Shown: positions 31,358 to 41,953 of the stretch, in pieces
How positions within the stretch are numbered: the stretch's first letter is position 1
Layout of the letters: each line of letters opens with the position of its first letter
Assembly: GCA_041158725.1 (NCBI GenBank)
Contig: JBEBAV010000001.1
Coordinates: forward strand, 1-50,423
Direction of reading: 5' to 3'
DNA from: Actinomycetota bacterium
GTDB taxonomy: Bacteria; Actinomycetota; Actinomycetes; Actinomycetales; Microbacteriaceae
DNA: 50,423 nucleotides
The notes under the pieces: model-generated
The model's input: only the letters and a program-made list of their open reading frames with translations
What the model was told of the DNA's origin: nothing
The model's database searches: none
Translations under genes and position numbers: made by a program

Positions 31358-33171
31358 CCATTGCCGGAGTTCGCGGAGTAACTGGTGAAGAACGTTCCGA
31401 CTTCACTAAGCAGGAAGGTAAGCGACTGCGCCAGCGCTCACTTTCCTTACTGAAGTCCCTGCTGCATCCAGTGCGAGTGAGGCTGTATTGGACACTTGTG
31501 GTGGTCGTGGTCAGCACAGCCGCGCAAGTTGCCGGACCCACTTTGCTTGCTTTGGGTATTGACCAAGGCCTGTCCCAGGTAGTGCAGAACCATAACTGGC
31601 TGCCTGCTCAAATGATTGTGAGTGCGTATGTGCTCACCGCGATTGTCAGCTCCACCATGATGGCTGTGTATATGCGCTCTTCTGCCGTGTTGAGCCAGAC
31701 GGTTCTGATTGACCTGCGCGAACGTGTCTTCCAGCACACTCAAAACCTCAGTATGAGTTTCCACGAGAACTACACCTCTGGCCGTGTCATTGCTCGCCAG
31801 ACTAGTGACATCGAAACCTTGCGCGAACTGTTGGATGGCGGAATCAGCAACCTGTTCCGTGGCATTTTGCTCATGACTTTCACAGCTGGGGCCTTGATTG
31901 CACTGGATCCCTCCAGCGCACTTCCCCTGCTGATTGCGTTGATCCCTGCGTTCTTCCTGACCCGGTGGTTCTCCAACACCTCAAAAAAGCAATTCCGTGA
32001 AGCTCGGACATTCTCTGCCCGCCTCATTGTTCAATTTGTGGAGACGATGACCGGCATTCGTGCCGTGAAGGCATTCCGCCGTGAAGAACGCAATGAGAAG
32101 AGCTACGCCCTCGCCGTGGATGACTACCGCGAAGCCAACCGCAAAGTGATCCGACTGTTTGGGACCTATGACCCTGGCCTCAAAGTTATTGGCGTGTTTA
32201 CCCTGGCCGCAGTGCTGATCTTGGGTTCATTCCGTGTGGCCAACGGTGCCATGGAAGTCGGCGTTCTGCTCGCTGCCGTTCTCTACACCCGCCGGTTCTT
32301 TGAACCGATGGAAGAACTAGCTATGTTCTATAACTCCTTCCAAAATGCTTCCTCTGCGTTGGAGAAGGTTTCTGGAATGCTCGAGGAGAAAGCAACAGTT
32401 GTTGAGCCAGTCAACCCTGTTCGCTTGGCCCACCCTCAGGGCAGGCTCGACTTTAACCGGGTTCGCTTTGGCTATAACGACAACTCTGTAGTGCTACCCG
32501 ATCTTGATCTGCACATTCCGGCTGGACAGACCATCGCACTGGTGGGAACCACCGGCGCTGGGAAGTCCACCTTGGCCAAACTGGTGGCGAGATTCTATGA
32601 CCCCACATCAGGAACAGTCAGCCTGGACGGAATCGACCTGCGTGATGTGTCAAACACGGATCTGCGTCGTGCGATCGTGATGGTGACTCAGGAGTCTTAT
32701 CTGTTCTCCGGTTCGGTCTCGGACAACATTGGCTTGGGCAAACCCAATGCTAGCCACGAAGAGATTGAATCCGCCGCCAAGGCCGTTGGCGCACACGAGT
32801 TCATCATGCGACTTCCTGAAGGGTATGACACAGATGTGAACAAGCGAGGTGGGCGCCTCTCTGCAGGTCAGCGACAGCTGCTGAGCTTTGCCCGCGCATT
32901 CATTGCAGACCCCACTGTGCTGATCTTGGATGAGGCAACAGCTTCTCTGGATATCCCGAGTGAGCGACTGGTGCAGCGCGGCCTGCAAACACTTCTTGCT
33001 GACCGCACGGCCATCATCATTGCTCACCGCCTCTCGACGGTGTCGATTGCGGACCGCGTACTCGTGATGGAACACGGCGAAATCATCGAGGACGGAACAC
33101 CGGAAGAACTTATTGCCGGAACTGGCAAGTTCGCCAGCTTGCACTCTGCCTGGCGCGACTCGTTGGCCTAG
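31354..33171 (+). CDS. ABC exporter half-transporter (TMD+NBD), heterodimer partner
   Basis: [27 protein letters not shown] overlap with the upstream partner. Confidence 0.92.
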   Translation: MTIAGVRGVTGEERSDFTKQEGKRLRQRSLSLLKSLLHPVRVRLYWTLVVVVVSTAAQVAGPTLLALGIDQGLSQVVQNHNWLPAQMIVSAYVLTAIVSSTMMAVYMRSSAVLSQTVLIDLRERVFQHTQNLSMSFHENYTSGRVIARQTSDIETLRELLDGGISNLFRGILLMTFTAGALIALDPSSALPLLIALIPAFFLTRWFSNTSKKQFREARTFSARLIVQFVETMTGIRAVKAFRREERNEKSYALAVDDYREANRKVIRLFGTYDPGLKVIGVFTLAAVLILGSFRVANGAMEVGVLLAAVLYTRRFFEPMEELAMFYNSFQNASSALEKVSGMLEEKATVVEPVNPVRLAHPQGRLDFNRVRFGYNDNSVVLPDLDLHIPAGQTIALVGTTGAGKSTLAKLVARFYDPTSGTVSLDGIDLRDVSNTDLRRAIVMVTQESYLFSGSVSDNIGLGKPNASHEEIESAAKAVGAHEFIMRLPEGYDTDVNKRGGRLSAGQRQLLSFARAFIADPTVLILDEATASLDIPSERLVQRGLQTLLADRTAIIIAHRLSTVSIADRVLVMEHGEIIEDGTPEELIAGTGKFASLHSAWRDSLA

Positions 33172-35201
33172 GCCACGCCACCCACAACGTCATAGTGGCC
33201 CACGACCTGGTCACCAGTCTTTGCCAAAGCAACAATCACGGAGCCATAGCCGCCCCGCCATTCGCTGTGAAGTCGTGTGTGTTCCAACTCAGGAACTTCT
33301 GTTTCGACAAGATACCCAGCCGCTGTGACAACCCCGTCAACCTGAACACCATTGACGGTGACAGAAACCTCCGCCGCATCAGTCGTAAGTTCAATGCGCA
33401 CTGGTACGACACCGCCTCGAGCTTCTCCAGCGGAAGCTGCAACGCTAAGCGTGGGAGCGGTTAGCGTGTTCTCCACTCCGCGAGAAGCCCAGCTTGTTCC
33501 AGGAAGTTCTGGGGTTCGCGGCGCTGGAATACGGTGATTGCGGTAGTGGTCAAAAGCCCAGGCATACGCCAAGAGGTTGGTGTCGTCATATCCCCGGCCA
33601 GCAAAAGTCAGACCGGTAGGCATTCCTATGTCACTCATCACACCCATGGGTGCCGTAACGGTAGGGATGCCGAGGTGGCGTGGAACCAGGTTGCCATTGG
33701 CAACCCAGGTTCCATTCCGCCAAGCCAGGTCCGCGGATGCGTCATTGACGTCAGCATCCGCTGGTCCGACATCAGCAGAGGCGGGGAACACAACAGCATC
33801 GAGACCGAGTTCATCCATCCAGTCCTCGAGGTCGAGTTTGCGTGCCTTTTCTAGCCCAGGAATACCCTCGGCCATGTCGGGAATGTCGATCAGTGCGGGG
33901 ATTCCATCGCGCTTGGCACGAGCCACATACTCTTCGAGGGGAACATCTTCGGGAGCAAAGCGGTGAAGGTGGTCGTCATAGCGACCAGGAACTGACCCCG
34001 CAGGCACGGGGAAGATCTTGTCCGGATCGACCTGGGCTAAGGCGTTGAGCTGGGGATCATTGTTGGCGGCCAGGAAGTCATGCCAGCCAAACATGGAGAG
34101 TTCCCAGAGCTCATGTTCCGCAAAAGTGTCAGGAACAAGGCCTCGAGCAGTGAGGTTCTGAGCACGAGGTCCACGGCTCTCGTAGTTGGTCACGACGGGG
34201 AAGTCTGTCTCGACGACCTCAGCACCGAGCGCTTCCAGATCTGCCTTGGCCTGGTGCCACAGCTCTACGACAGAGTCGCGGGTAGCAATGACATCAATGT
34301 CATCGAGCTCAACATCCTGCGGAGGCTTGTTGATATACATCCGGGGTATTGCAATGCGCTTACCCTGCAAGGCATTCGGGTTCGCTATTGCTGGATACGA
34401 CTCGGGTCGAAGCTCGGAACTGGTGGGTGTTGCCACCCAGGGTTGCATGCGCCAGAAATCTCCGCGCACCTCCCAGTCATCACCAACGACCTGGTCGAGC
34501 ACCGCAAGCATGTCATCCATTGTTCTCGTGTGGGGCACGACTACATCCATGGTGGGAACCAGAGGCCAGTTGCCTCGTGTGGAGATCACTCCTCGAGAGG
34601 GGGTGTATGCACACAGGCCATTATTGTTTGCAGGAGCACGGCCAGAGGACCATGTCTCTTCACCCAGGCCAAAGGCAGCGAAGCTTGCACCGGTTGCTGT
34701 GCCAGAACCATTGGATGAGCCGGAACCGAAAGCCGCTGTGAGGTAGTCAGCGTTATAGGGGCTTTCTGCGCGACCATAGAGCCCACGCTGCATGCCGCCG
34801 TTAGCCATTGGTGGCATATTGGTTAGACCAATGAGGACAGCACCCGCTTTGCGCAGTTGTGCAATGGTGAACGCATCATCGGTTGCGATGAGATCTGCAA
34901 AAGCAGGTGAGCCAGAAGCTACCGTTAATCCTTTGACTTTGTAGCTGTCCTTGGCGGTGTAGGGAATGCCATCAAGGTAACCCAGCGACTTACCTTCTCG
35001 ACGGCGCATGTCAGCAGCACGTGCTTCATCGAACAGGTCAGGGTTCAGGATAGGAACCGAGTTCAATGTGATGCCGTGACGGTCGTAGAACGCGATGCGA
35101 TCAAGGTAGGCCGCCACCAACTCCACACTTGAGACAACACCGTTATCGAGATCAGCTCTCAGCTGTGCGATTGTCTTTTCTACGACGGGATACGAGGTCA
35201 T
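33168..35201 (-). CDS. Amidase signature family enzyme
   Basis: Lys-cisSer-Ser motifs [20 protein letters not shown]. Start moved to ATG 35201, after GAAGGT. Confidence 0.9.
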   Translation of the reverse strand: MTSYPVVEKTIAQLRADLDNGVVSSVELVAAYLDRIAFYDRHGITLNSVPILNPDLFDEARAADMRRREGKSLGYLDGIPYTAKDSYKVKGLTVASGSPAFADLIATDDAFTIAQLRKAGAVLIGLTNMPPMANGGMQRGLYGRAESPYNADYLTAAFGSGSSNGSGTATGASFAAFGLGEETWSSGRAPANNNGLCAYTPSRGVISTRGNWPLVPTMDVVVPHTRTMDDMLAVLDQVVGDDWEVRGDFWRMQPWVATPTSSELRPESYPAIANPNALQGKRIAIPRMYINKPPQDVELDDIDVIATRDSVVELWHQAKADLEALGAEVVETDFPVVTNYESRGPRAQNLTARGLVPDTFAEHELWELSMFGWHDFLAANNDPQLNALAQVDPDKIFPVPAGSVPGRYDDHLHRFAPEDVPLEEYVARAKRDGIPALIDIPDMAEGIPGLEKARKLDLEDWMDELGLDAVVFPASADVGPADADVNDASADLAWRNGTWVANGNLVPRHLGIPTVTAPMGVMSDIGMPTGLTFAGRGYDDTNLLAYAWAFDHYRNHRIPAPRTPELPGTSWASRGVENTLTAPTLSVAASAGEARGGVVPVRIELTTDAAEVSVTVNGVQVDGVVTAAGYLVETEVPELEHTRLHSEWRGGYGSVIVALAKTGDQVVGHYDVVGGVA

Positions 35202-35359
35202 ATTGACCAGATTACCTTCTGTGTTTCTTCTGAAACCGGACGATGTTGAGGAAAGTTCTGCCCGGCTGGACATCTCCGGGGGGTGGGTTTATGCAACATA
35301 TTGCGCCAGACTGTGAACAACCGAGGGTTCACCCTGAACCAGGTGAGGATAGGTGCATC

Positions 35360-36163
35360 ATGGCCCGCAAGATTCGCTCCGAAGATGAACAGATCACACG
35401 CCTGCGGGTGTACAACATCGTGGCCGGCGCCATTCACCTGCTCCAAGGCTTAGCTTTCCTCTTTATCCTGACCAAGCTCAGTTCTCAGGTGATGTTCCCG
35501 GTCACGGTCGACTACATGACGGGACCTCCCGGAGTGGACCTTCCCACCGAACGTGTGACGTTGTTCGAAGTGAACTTGGGGCTGGGCGTGGTGGCGTTCC
35601 TGTTTATGTCTGCCTTCTTCCACTTCCTCATTTCGCTACCGGGGGTTTTTCCCCGCTACGCAAACGGTCTCAAGCTGAACCACAACTACTTCCGTTGGAC
35701 TGAGTATTCGCTGAGTTCCTCCGTGATGATTTGGCTTATTGCTCAGCTCAATGGCGCCACAGACTTTGCTGCACTCTTTGCCATCTTTGCGGTGAACGCG
35801 TCCATGATTTTGTTTGGTGCGCTGCAAGAGAAGTATGAAAAGCCAGGAAGCAAGGGCTTCCTTCCCTTCATCTTTGGTTCAATGACAGGCATTGTTCCCT
35901 GGATCATCATTGCGATTTACACCCTGCAGCCAGGATCAACCAGTGCAGCTGAAGTGCCAGGTTTTGTCTATGGCATCGTCATTTCGCTATTTGTGTTCTT
36001 CAACACCTTCGCCATCAATCAAGCTCTGCAATATCGCCAGGTTGGTGGCTGGAAGAGCTACCTGCGTGGTGAGCGGGCCTACATCACGCTCAGCCTGGTG
36101 GCAAAGAGCGTATTGGCATGGCAGGTATTTTCGGGAGCCCTTGTTCCGCTATTTGTGAGCTAG
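35360..36163 (+). CDS. Heliorhodopsin
   Basis: YNIVAGAIHLLQ (TM1 His), SAFFH (TM2 His), RWTEYSLSSS (counterion Glu), LSLVAKSVLAW (retinal Lys in SxxxK). Basic cytoplasmic N-terminus. Likely start is ATG 35360. Confidence 0.95.
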   Translation: MARKIRSEDEQITRLRVYNIVAGAIHLLQGLAFLFILTKLSSQVMFPVTVDYMTGPPGVDLPTERVTLFEVNLGLGVVAFLFMSAFFHFLISLPGVFPRYANGLKLNHNYFRWTEYSLSSSVMIWLIAQLNGATDFAALFAIFAVNASMILFGALQEKYEKPGSKGFLPFIFGSMTGIVPWIIIAIYTLQPGSTSAAEVPGFVYGIVISLFVFFNTFAINQALQYRQVGGWKSYLRGERAYITLSLVAKSVLAWQVFSGALVPLFVS

Positions 36164-36429
36164 CTAAACAGGGCTAACAACTCGGCGATTGTCGTATTGT
36201 TGTTCAAAGGATGACGCAACGGAATTTCACCGTGAACCGTGTAGTGGTTATTCCGACCCTGCTTTGTCTTCTCCACATACCCCGCCTCGACGAGGTCGTT
36301 GAGTATTCCTGCTGTGGCGCGAGCCGTGATGCCGACCTTGGCCGCAATCTGGTCAACAGTGAGATCTGCTGATTGGGCCACAGCCACAAGCACGTGCCCG
36401 TGGTGTGTGAGGAATGTCCAATGCGCCAT
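36160..36429 (-). CDS. Small winged-HTH (MarR/AsnC-like) transcriptional regulator
   Basis: WTFLTHHGHVL...IAAKVGITARA...LNDLVEAGYV...QGRNNHY...LRHP. Start is ATG 36429, 2 nt after the terC-family stop. Confidence 0.85.
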   Translation of the reverse strand: MAHWTFLTHHGHVLVAVAQSADLTVDQIAAKVGITARATAGILNDLVEAGYVEKTKQGRNNHYTVHGEIPLRHPLNNNTTIAELLALFS

Positions 36430-36431
36430 GT

Positions 36432-37445
36432 TTATATCTTTCCAGACCGACGCCACAGTGGTTGCAACTGAGCCAGTTCCTCCTCAGTTGCTTCGGGGAA
36501 TTCTTCCTTGTGGGCAGGCTCAACATGGACGGCTTCCTTGTTTCTGCTCACGATCAGGCTTGCCGCAATAGCGGTAACCAAGATGACGAGAATGACTGTC
36601 AAGGACAAGTTGCTCGGGACCTTGACGATGTCGTGGAGACCCATCTTGATACCAACCCAGACCAGCACCAGGGCGAGTCCAACCTTGAGGTAGACGAAGC
36701 GGTGCATGAGGTCAGCCAACAGGAAGTACATCGCACGCAGACCCAGCAGCGCGAAGGCGTTTGCTGTAAATACCAGGAACGGTTCGGAGGTCACGGCAAA
36801 GATCGCGGGGATGGAGTCAACCGCGAAGATGATGTCGGTGAATTCAACCAATACCAGGACGAGTAGCAGCGGGGTTGCGACAACCGCACCACCGATCCGA
36901 ACCAGCAGGCGCTGGTCATAGTACTTCTTCACTGATGGCACTGCGCCCGAGAACCACTTGTAGAAGCGGCCTTGAGTGGGATCCGAGTGTTCATTGCGCT
37001 TGATGAGCATGTGGATACCGGTGTAGATGAGGAAGGCTGCGAACAGGTAGAGCACCCAGGCAAAGTTTTCGAGGATGACTGAACCCAGTGCGATGAAGAT
37101 TCCGCGGAAGATGAGAGCACCAAGCACACCCAAGAACAAGACGCGGTGCTGATACTTTCGCGGAACGCTGAAGGCAGCGAAGATGAGTGCCCAGATGAAG
37201 ACGTTGTCGATAGCCAGTGACTTCTCAATGACAAAGCCGGCAAAGTATTGCTGCCCATATTCTTCGCCGAAGGCGTTCCAAATGAGAACACCGAAGCCAA
37301 CACCGGTAGTCACCCAGAAGGTTGACCACAGTGCTGCTTCTTTGAGTGAAATCTCGTGCGCTTTTCTGTGGGCAAAAAGATCCACCAACAGCATCACTAC
37401 GATTCCAGCAAATACTGCGAGCCACATCCAGAGTTCTACGTTCAT
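36432..37445 (-). CDS. TerC/Alx family metal-homeostasis membrane protein
   Basis: EKSLAIDNVF, YQHRVLFLGVLGALIFRGIFI, EFTDIIFAVDSIPA, ALLGLRAMYF. Start is ATG 37445, after GAAGGT. Confidence 0.92.
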   Translation of the reverse strand: MNVELWMWLAVFAGIVVMLLVDLFAHRKAHEISLKEAALWSTFWVTTGVGFGVLIWNAFGEEYGQQYFAGFVIEKSLAIDNVFIWALIFAAFSVPRKYQHRVLFLGVLGALIFRGIFIALGSVILENFAWVLYLFAAFLIYTGIHMLIKRNEHSDPTQGRFYKWFSGAVPSVKKYYDQRLLVRIGGAVVATPLLLVLVLVEFTDIIFAVDSIPAIFAVTSEPFLVFTANAFALLGLRAMYFLLADLMHRFVYLKVGLALVLVWVGIKMGLHDIVKVPSNLSLTVILVILVTAIAASLIVSRNKEAVHVEPAHKEEFPEATEEELAQLQPLWRRSGKI

Positions 37446-37522
37446 GTCTACCTTCACTAAAGAAAAGTTATTACTGAATATAATTTCATGTATTATTCTT
37501 CTAGTCAATCGATTGGGCACAA

Positions 37523-38491
37523 ATGTTTGAGTCTCTTGAACTAGCAGCGAGCAACCTCACCTCACCACCTGTCCTGGCCTTCGTGCTGGGACTTATTGCT
37601 GTGGGGCTTCGAAGCAAACTGGAGATACCCCCGCAGATTTTCAGCGCTCTCTCGATCTACCTGCTGCTGGCCATCGGTATCAAAGGCGGTGTGGGGCTAC
37701 GCCAAGCAGACCCCGCACACATCGCCTTGCCCATCGCCCTCGCCATCATCGTGGGACTGCTCATCCCGATTGCCGCCTTTGCGCTTCTGAAAGTTCTCAC
37801 CCCACTGAACCAAACTGACCGCGGAGCAATCGCTGCACACTACGGCTCCACCTCGCTGGTGACTTTCACCGCTGGCCTGATGTTTGTGGAATCGCTCGGA
37901 CTGGAGGCAGAAGGCTACCTCCCCACGCTGTTGGCAATCATGGAAGTCCCCGGGCTGATTGTGGGACTGGTTCTCGCTCGTAAAGCGAGCAAGCAGCAAA
38001 GCTGGGGACCGCTCATGCACGAAGTCCTCACCGGCAAATCAATCCTCCTACTCGTCGGCGGCCTGGTCATTGGCGCGGTCAGTGGCCAGGCTGGATACGA
38101 ACGAGTGGAGCCCTTCTTTGGCGGACTCTTCGTGGGCCTACTCACTTTGTTCTTGCTGCAGCTGGGCATCCAAGCAGGATCACACCTGAAAGAACTGCCA
38201 CAGGCCGGCTGGGGACTGCTGGTCTTCGCCCTAGCCTTCCCCCTAGCCTCAGGTTTTGCTGGAGTCGCGCTGGCTAGCTGGATAGGACTCAGTGCCGGAG
38301 GAGCTGCGGTCTTCGGAATTCTCTGCGCCAGTGCGTCCTATATCGCGGCACCTGCCGCGGTGAAGCTCTCCCTGCCGGAAGCAAACCCTGGCTTCTATCT
38401 GACAGCGAGTCTCGGGATCACCTTCCCGTTCAACCTCATTGTTGGCATTCCCCTATTCGTCTGGTTCGCCCAGTTGCTGGTCGGGAACTAG
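37523..38491 (+). CDS. Sodium-dependent bicarbonate transporter family permease (SbtA-like)
   Basis: LLLAIGIKGG, AAHYGSTSLVTF, MEVPG, ASASYIAAPAA, SLGITFPFN. Confidence 0.9.
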   Translation: MFESLELAASNLTSPPVLAFVLGLIAVGLRSKLEIPPQIFSALSIYLLLAIGIKGGVGLRQADPAHIALPIALAIIVGLLIPIAAFALLKVLTPLNQTDRGAIAAHYGSTSLVTFTAGLMFVESLGLEAEGYLPTLLAIMEVPGLIVGLVLARKASKQQSWGPLMHEVLTGKSILLLVGGLVIGAVSGQAGYERVEPFFGGLFVGLLTLFLLQLGIQAGSHLKELPQAGWGLLVFALAFPLASGFAGVALASWIGLSAGGAAVFGILCASASYIAAPAAVKLSLPEANPGFYLTASLGITFPFNLIVGIPLFVWFAQLLVGN

Positions 38492-38499
38492 GGAAAACA

Positions 38500-38524
38500 A
38501 AACCCCCTCGTTCAGAGGGGGTTT
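38500..38524. terminator. Bidirectional terminator between the SbtA-like gene and the tRNA pair
   Basis: AAACCCCCTC-GTTCA-GAGGGGGTTT. Confidence 0.75.
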
Positions 38525-38533
38525 GATGAAGAG

Positions 38534-38607
38534 TAGCTGGAGCGGGGCTCGATCCCGCGACCTCACGATTATGAGTCGTGCGCTCTAACCACCTGAGCTA
38601 CCCAGCC
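38534..38607 (-). tRNA. tRNA-Met(CAT), elongator type
   Basis: GGCTGGGTAGCTCAG...CACGA-CTCATAA-TCGTG...CCAGCTA. G2-C71/C3-G70 favours elongator Met over initiator or Ile2. CCA not encoded. Confidence 0.88.
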
Positions 38608-38659
38608 ACGAACATCCGCCGGTGAGGCAGGTAAACCTGCAGCAGTCGAAGAATGATCG

Positions 38660-38731
<72 letters not shown>

Positions 38732-38872
38732 GTATCCATACCTTCGAGGTCTCCCTCGAAAATTGGCACCGTAAGAGATTATCACCTCTGAGGGCATGCT
38801 AAAAACACAAGCCGTTATGAGACATTCCGCGGGCTTATTCTCTGGAGTATTGAGCTTCTCTAAACTTGCTCC

Positions 38873-40516
38873 ATGTCGAATAAAGAGTGGTGGCGTTCCT
38901 CCGTTATTTACCAGATTTACCCCCGGTCCTTCGCGGATGCGAATGGAGATGGCATGGGTGACCTTGCCGGCATTACGTCACGTCTACCCCAGCTGAAAGA
39001 ACTTGGCGTTGACGCCATCTGGCTCTCACCGTTTATGACGAGTCCCCAAAAAGACGCGGGATACGATGTGGCTGACTATTGCGACGTTGATCCGCTCTTT
39101 GGCACTTTGGCTGATTTCGACACACTCGAGTCCACGGCACATGACCTGGGATTGAAGGTCATCGTTGACCTCGTTCCCAACCACTGCTCTTCTGAGCACC
39201 CCTGGTTTGTTGAAGCACTAGCTTCCGGTGAAGGCAGTGAAGAACGTGCTCGCTTCATGTTCCGTGACGGCAAGGGAGTTCATGGCGAGCTTCCACCTAA
39301 CAACTGGGAGTCGGTCTTTGGCGGTCCTGCATGGACGCGCACCACGAACCCCGACGGCACCCCAGGACAGTGGTATTTGCACCTGTTCGATTCCAGCCAG
39401 CCCGACTTTGACTGGACTAACCGCTGGGTGCGTGAGCGTTTCCTCGTGATTCTGCGCTTCTGGCTCGACCGCGGCGTCGATGGTTTCCGTGTCGACGTAG
39501 CTCACGGTTTGTCGAAAGATGCTGATCTTCCTGACTTCCGTCGTGATGAGGCTTATTGGAACACCCCTGCCGAACAGCGTCCCGACAACCCCTACTTCGG
39601 CCATGACGGGGTTCACGAAATTTATCGCGAATGGCACTCGCTGCTCGAGGAATACCCCGGCGAGCGCATTCTTTGTGCTGAAGCGTTTGTGGAGCCTCTC
39701 ACCAAGATGGCCAAATGGGTTCGTCCAGACGAAATGCAACAGGCATTCAACTTCCCCTTCCTGGTCACGCGCTGGAATGGCGAGCAGATGCGTCAGGTCA
39801 TCAAGGATTCAATCTCGGCATTCCATGCGGTGGGTGCACCTAGCACCTGGGTGCTTTCCAACCATGACCAGATTCGTCATGCAACCCGTTTAGCTCTGGA
39901 CCCCCACGCCAAAACAGCAGACCGCATCACCGGCATTGGACCGTTGACACAGCCCAAGCCTGATGCCGCTTTAGGTCTTGCCCGTGGACGCGCAGCATCA
40001 ACCATGATGCTGGCACTGCCTGGTGTGGCCTATATGTATCAGGGTGAGGAATTAGGTCTTCCTGAAGCAGTCGATATTCCTGATGACAAGCGCCAAGATC
40101 CTACGTTCTTCCGCACCGCTGGTCGGGCTTATGGTCGTGACGGCTGCCGTGTTCCTATTCCCTGGGAAGCGGACAAGGTGAACTTTGGCTTCGGGCCTTC
40201 AGGTGAACCTTGGTTACCCCAGCCTGCGGTGTATCGCGAATACTCGCGCGACCTACAAGAAGGTAATCCGTCCTCCACGCTTGAGCTATACAAAGCAGCG
40301 CTAGCGATTCGCAAGGATCGGGCGCTGGGCGAGGGTGAACTCGAGTGGATTGAGGGAACACCAGAAAACGTTCTTGGTTTCCGCAACGGCGAGGTTTCCG
40401 TCTATATCAACTACAGCGATGAGGACTTTGTTCTGCCCGCGGGCGAGATCATTCTGGACAGCTCGAACAGCAGCTCAGGTATTCTCACGCCTGCCAGCTC
40501 TGTGTGGATGGTCTAG
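38873..40516 (+). CDS. GH13 alpha-glucosidase
   Basis: YQIYPRSFAD, DLVPNH, GFRVDVAH (nucleophile), SNHD, RDGCRVPIPW. Confidence 0.93.
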   Translation: MSNKEWWRSSVIYQIYPRSFADANGDGMGDLAGITSRLPQLKELGVDAIWLSPFMTSPQKDAGYDVADYCDVDPLFGTLADFDTLESTAHDLGLKVIVDLVPNHCSSEHPWFVEALASGEGSEERARFMFRDGKGVHGELPPNNWESVFGGPAWTRTTNPDGTPGQWYLHLFDSSQPDFDWTNRWVRERFLVILRFWLDRGVDGFRVDVAHGLSKDADLPDFRRDEAYWNTPAEQRPDNPYFGHDGVHEIYREWHSLLEEYPGERILCAEAFVEPLTKMAKWVRPDEMQQAFNFPFLVTRWNGEQMRQVIKDSISAFHAVGAPSTWVLSNHDQIRHATRLALDPHAKTADRITGIGPLTQPKPDAALGLARGRAASTMMLALPGVAYMYQGEELGLPEAVDIPDDKRQDPTFFRTAGRAYGRDGCRVPIPWEADKVNFGFGPSGEPWLPQPAVYREYSRDLQEGNPSSTLELYKAALAIRKDRALGEGELEWIEGTPENVLGFRNGEVSVYINYSDEDFVLPAGEIILDSSNSSSGILTPASSVWMV

Positions 40517-41823
40517 CCGCGAGTTTCGTTGGAGGCCTTGCCCGCGTGCTGGACCAAGAACGCATACGGGTCAATGGGCACATCGTTGATGCGAATCTCG
40601 AGGTGCAGGTGTGGTCCCGTGGTGACACCGGTGAGACCAATGTTTCCCACCAATTGACCCTTTTGGACAGTGTCCCCTGCTTTAACCGGGGGTGAATCAA
40701 CGACCATGTGGCAGTAAACGCTGGTGAATTTGGTGCCATCGACGTTGTGCTCAATAAAGACGGCAACACCGCAGGTGGGTCCCGGGTTTTCCACGAGAGA
40801 AACAATTCCGTCAGCAACTGAGTAGATGGGTGTTCCGTAGGAAGGATCGAAGTCGAGACCGGTGTGGAAGTTGTAGCGTCCGAACAGGTTACGGTCACCG
40901 AATGGGGAAGAAATCTTTACCTCGCGCACAGGCCACTGCATTCCGTTGTTTGACACAGGAACGTTGACCGAGAGCTTCTTCACTGAGAAGGCGCCCATCG
41001 TGGGGGCTGCCTGAGCAGCAGTCACGCTCACACCATCACGACCAGCGCTGACCGATTCACCGGTGCCTTCAACGCTTTGACCGTCACCAAAAGGCAATGC
41101 ACTCAGTCGTGACTGCTCTGCCTGTAATGCCACATCTTCAGGAGAGAGCAATGCTGTTGCAGGAACACTTGTAGCAATTGCCAGTCCGGCAACAAAGGCC
41201 ATCGCAACCATGCTGAAAATCTGTGCACCTCGACGCTTGCGCGAAATGGGGGCCACAATCTTGGGTTCGTGTGAACGGCGCTTGTGCTTGAGGCGAACCT
41301 TCACTGCTGGCTGTGGAGTGCTCGAAGTCGAAACCTGCGCCATCAGGGAGATTGGCGCTGGAAGTGATGCTGTGGTCGCGGGGGGTTCCGTAATTACTGG
41401 CTTTTCAGGACGAACCTCGGACACAGCTGGGATACCAGATGCAGGAGTGTTCACCTCAGCCATGACAGGATCTGAGGGTTCGGCACTCGTGACTGCGGCA
41501 ACAGGTTCAGCTGAGACATCTGTTGGCTGGGCCAGAGGTGGGCGATTGCTGCGATCACGCTTCATCAGCACAGGCTGTGCTGGGGCAGGCGTTGGCGGCT
41601 CCTGGGTGACGACTGTTTCGAGCTCGGAACCAGCTGTGATGTTCTGGTCTGACTGAAGCGCTGGGGAGTTGCTCTCTACCTGTCGCTCAAGCTCATCAGC
41701 AACGTGTTGTTGTGCCTGGAGAGCTTCTAGGGCACGACGTTCACGTCGAGTCATCGGCACAATGGGGTCCCCCGAAGCACCCTGCTGGAAACCAGCAGAG
41801 AGATTGTGAGGGTCCTGTGTCAC
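40513..41823 (-). CDS. M23 family peptidoglycan metallopeptidase, membrane anchored
   Basis: HTGLD, YCH and TGPHLHLE zinc motifs. One TM segment after a long disordered N-terminus. Confidence 0.9.
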   Translation of the reverse strand: MTQDPHNLSAGFQQGASGDPIVPMTRRERRALEALQAQQHVADELERQVESNSPALQSDQNITAGSELETVVTQEPPTPAPAQPVLMKRDRSNRPPLAQPTDVSAEPVAAVTSAEPSDPVMAEVNTPASGIPAVSEVRPEKPVITEPPATTASLPAPISLMAQVSTSSTPQPAVKVRLKHKRRSHEPKIVAPISRKRRGAQIFSMVAMAFVAGLAIATSVPATALLSPEDVALQAEQSRLSALPFGDGQSVEGTGESVSAGRDGVSVTAAQAAPTMGAFSVKKLSVNVPVSNNGMQWPVREVKISSPFGDRNLFGRYNFHTGLDFDPSYGTPIYSVADGIVSLVENPGPTCGVAVFIEHNVDGTKFTSVYCHMVVDSPPVKAGDTVQKGQLVGNIGLTGVTTGPHLHLEIRINDVPIDPYAFLVQHAGKASNETRG

Positions 41824-41953
41824 TGAAGCTTGTCCTTACGTGTTCAAGAACCGGGGCTCGTGCCCAGCGGGATGAAATATAACGGAATGGTTAACGCTAC
41901 AGATGAAGCCTGAGAAAGACCACCTAGAAAAGGTTTAATTCAGCTGGATTTTC

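Noticed and set aside
29549-33171. Degenerate ATPase motifs as a sign of pseudogenisation
   Set aside because: One degenerate site (Walker B DD paired with LSAGQ) is the normal design of heterodimeric ABC exporters.
35243-35359. N-terminal extension of the heliorhodopsin, and of the amidase to 35273
   Set aside because: The two extensions would overlap head to head. The downstream ATGs at 35360 and 35201 give typical lengths and leave a promoter gap.
37446-37520. TerC N-terminal extension or yybP-ykoY riboswitch
   Set aside because: This is a short AT-rich promoter spacer with no structured GC-rich leader, and the RBS supports ATG 37445.
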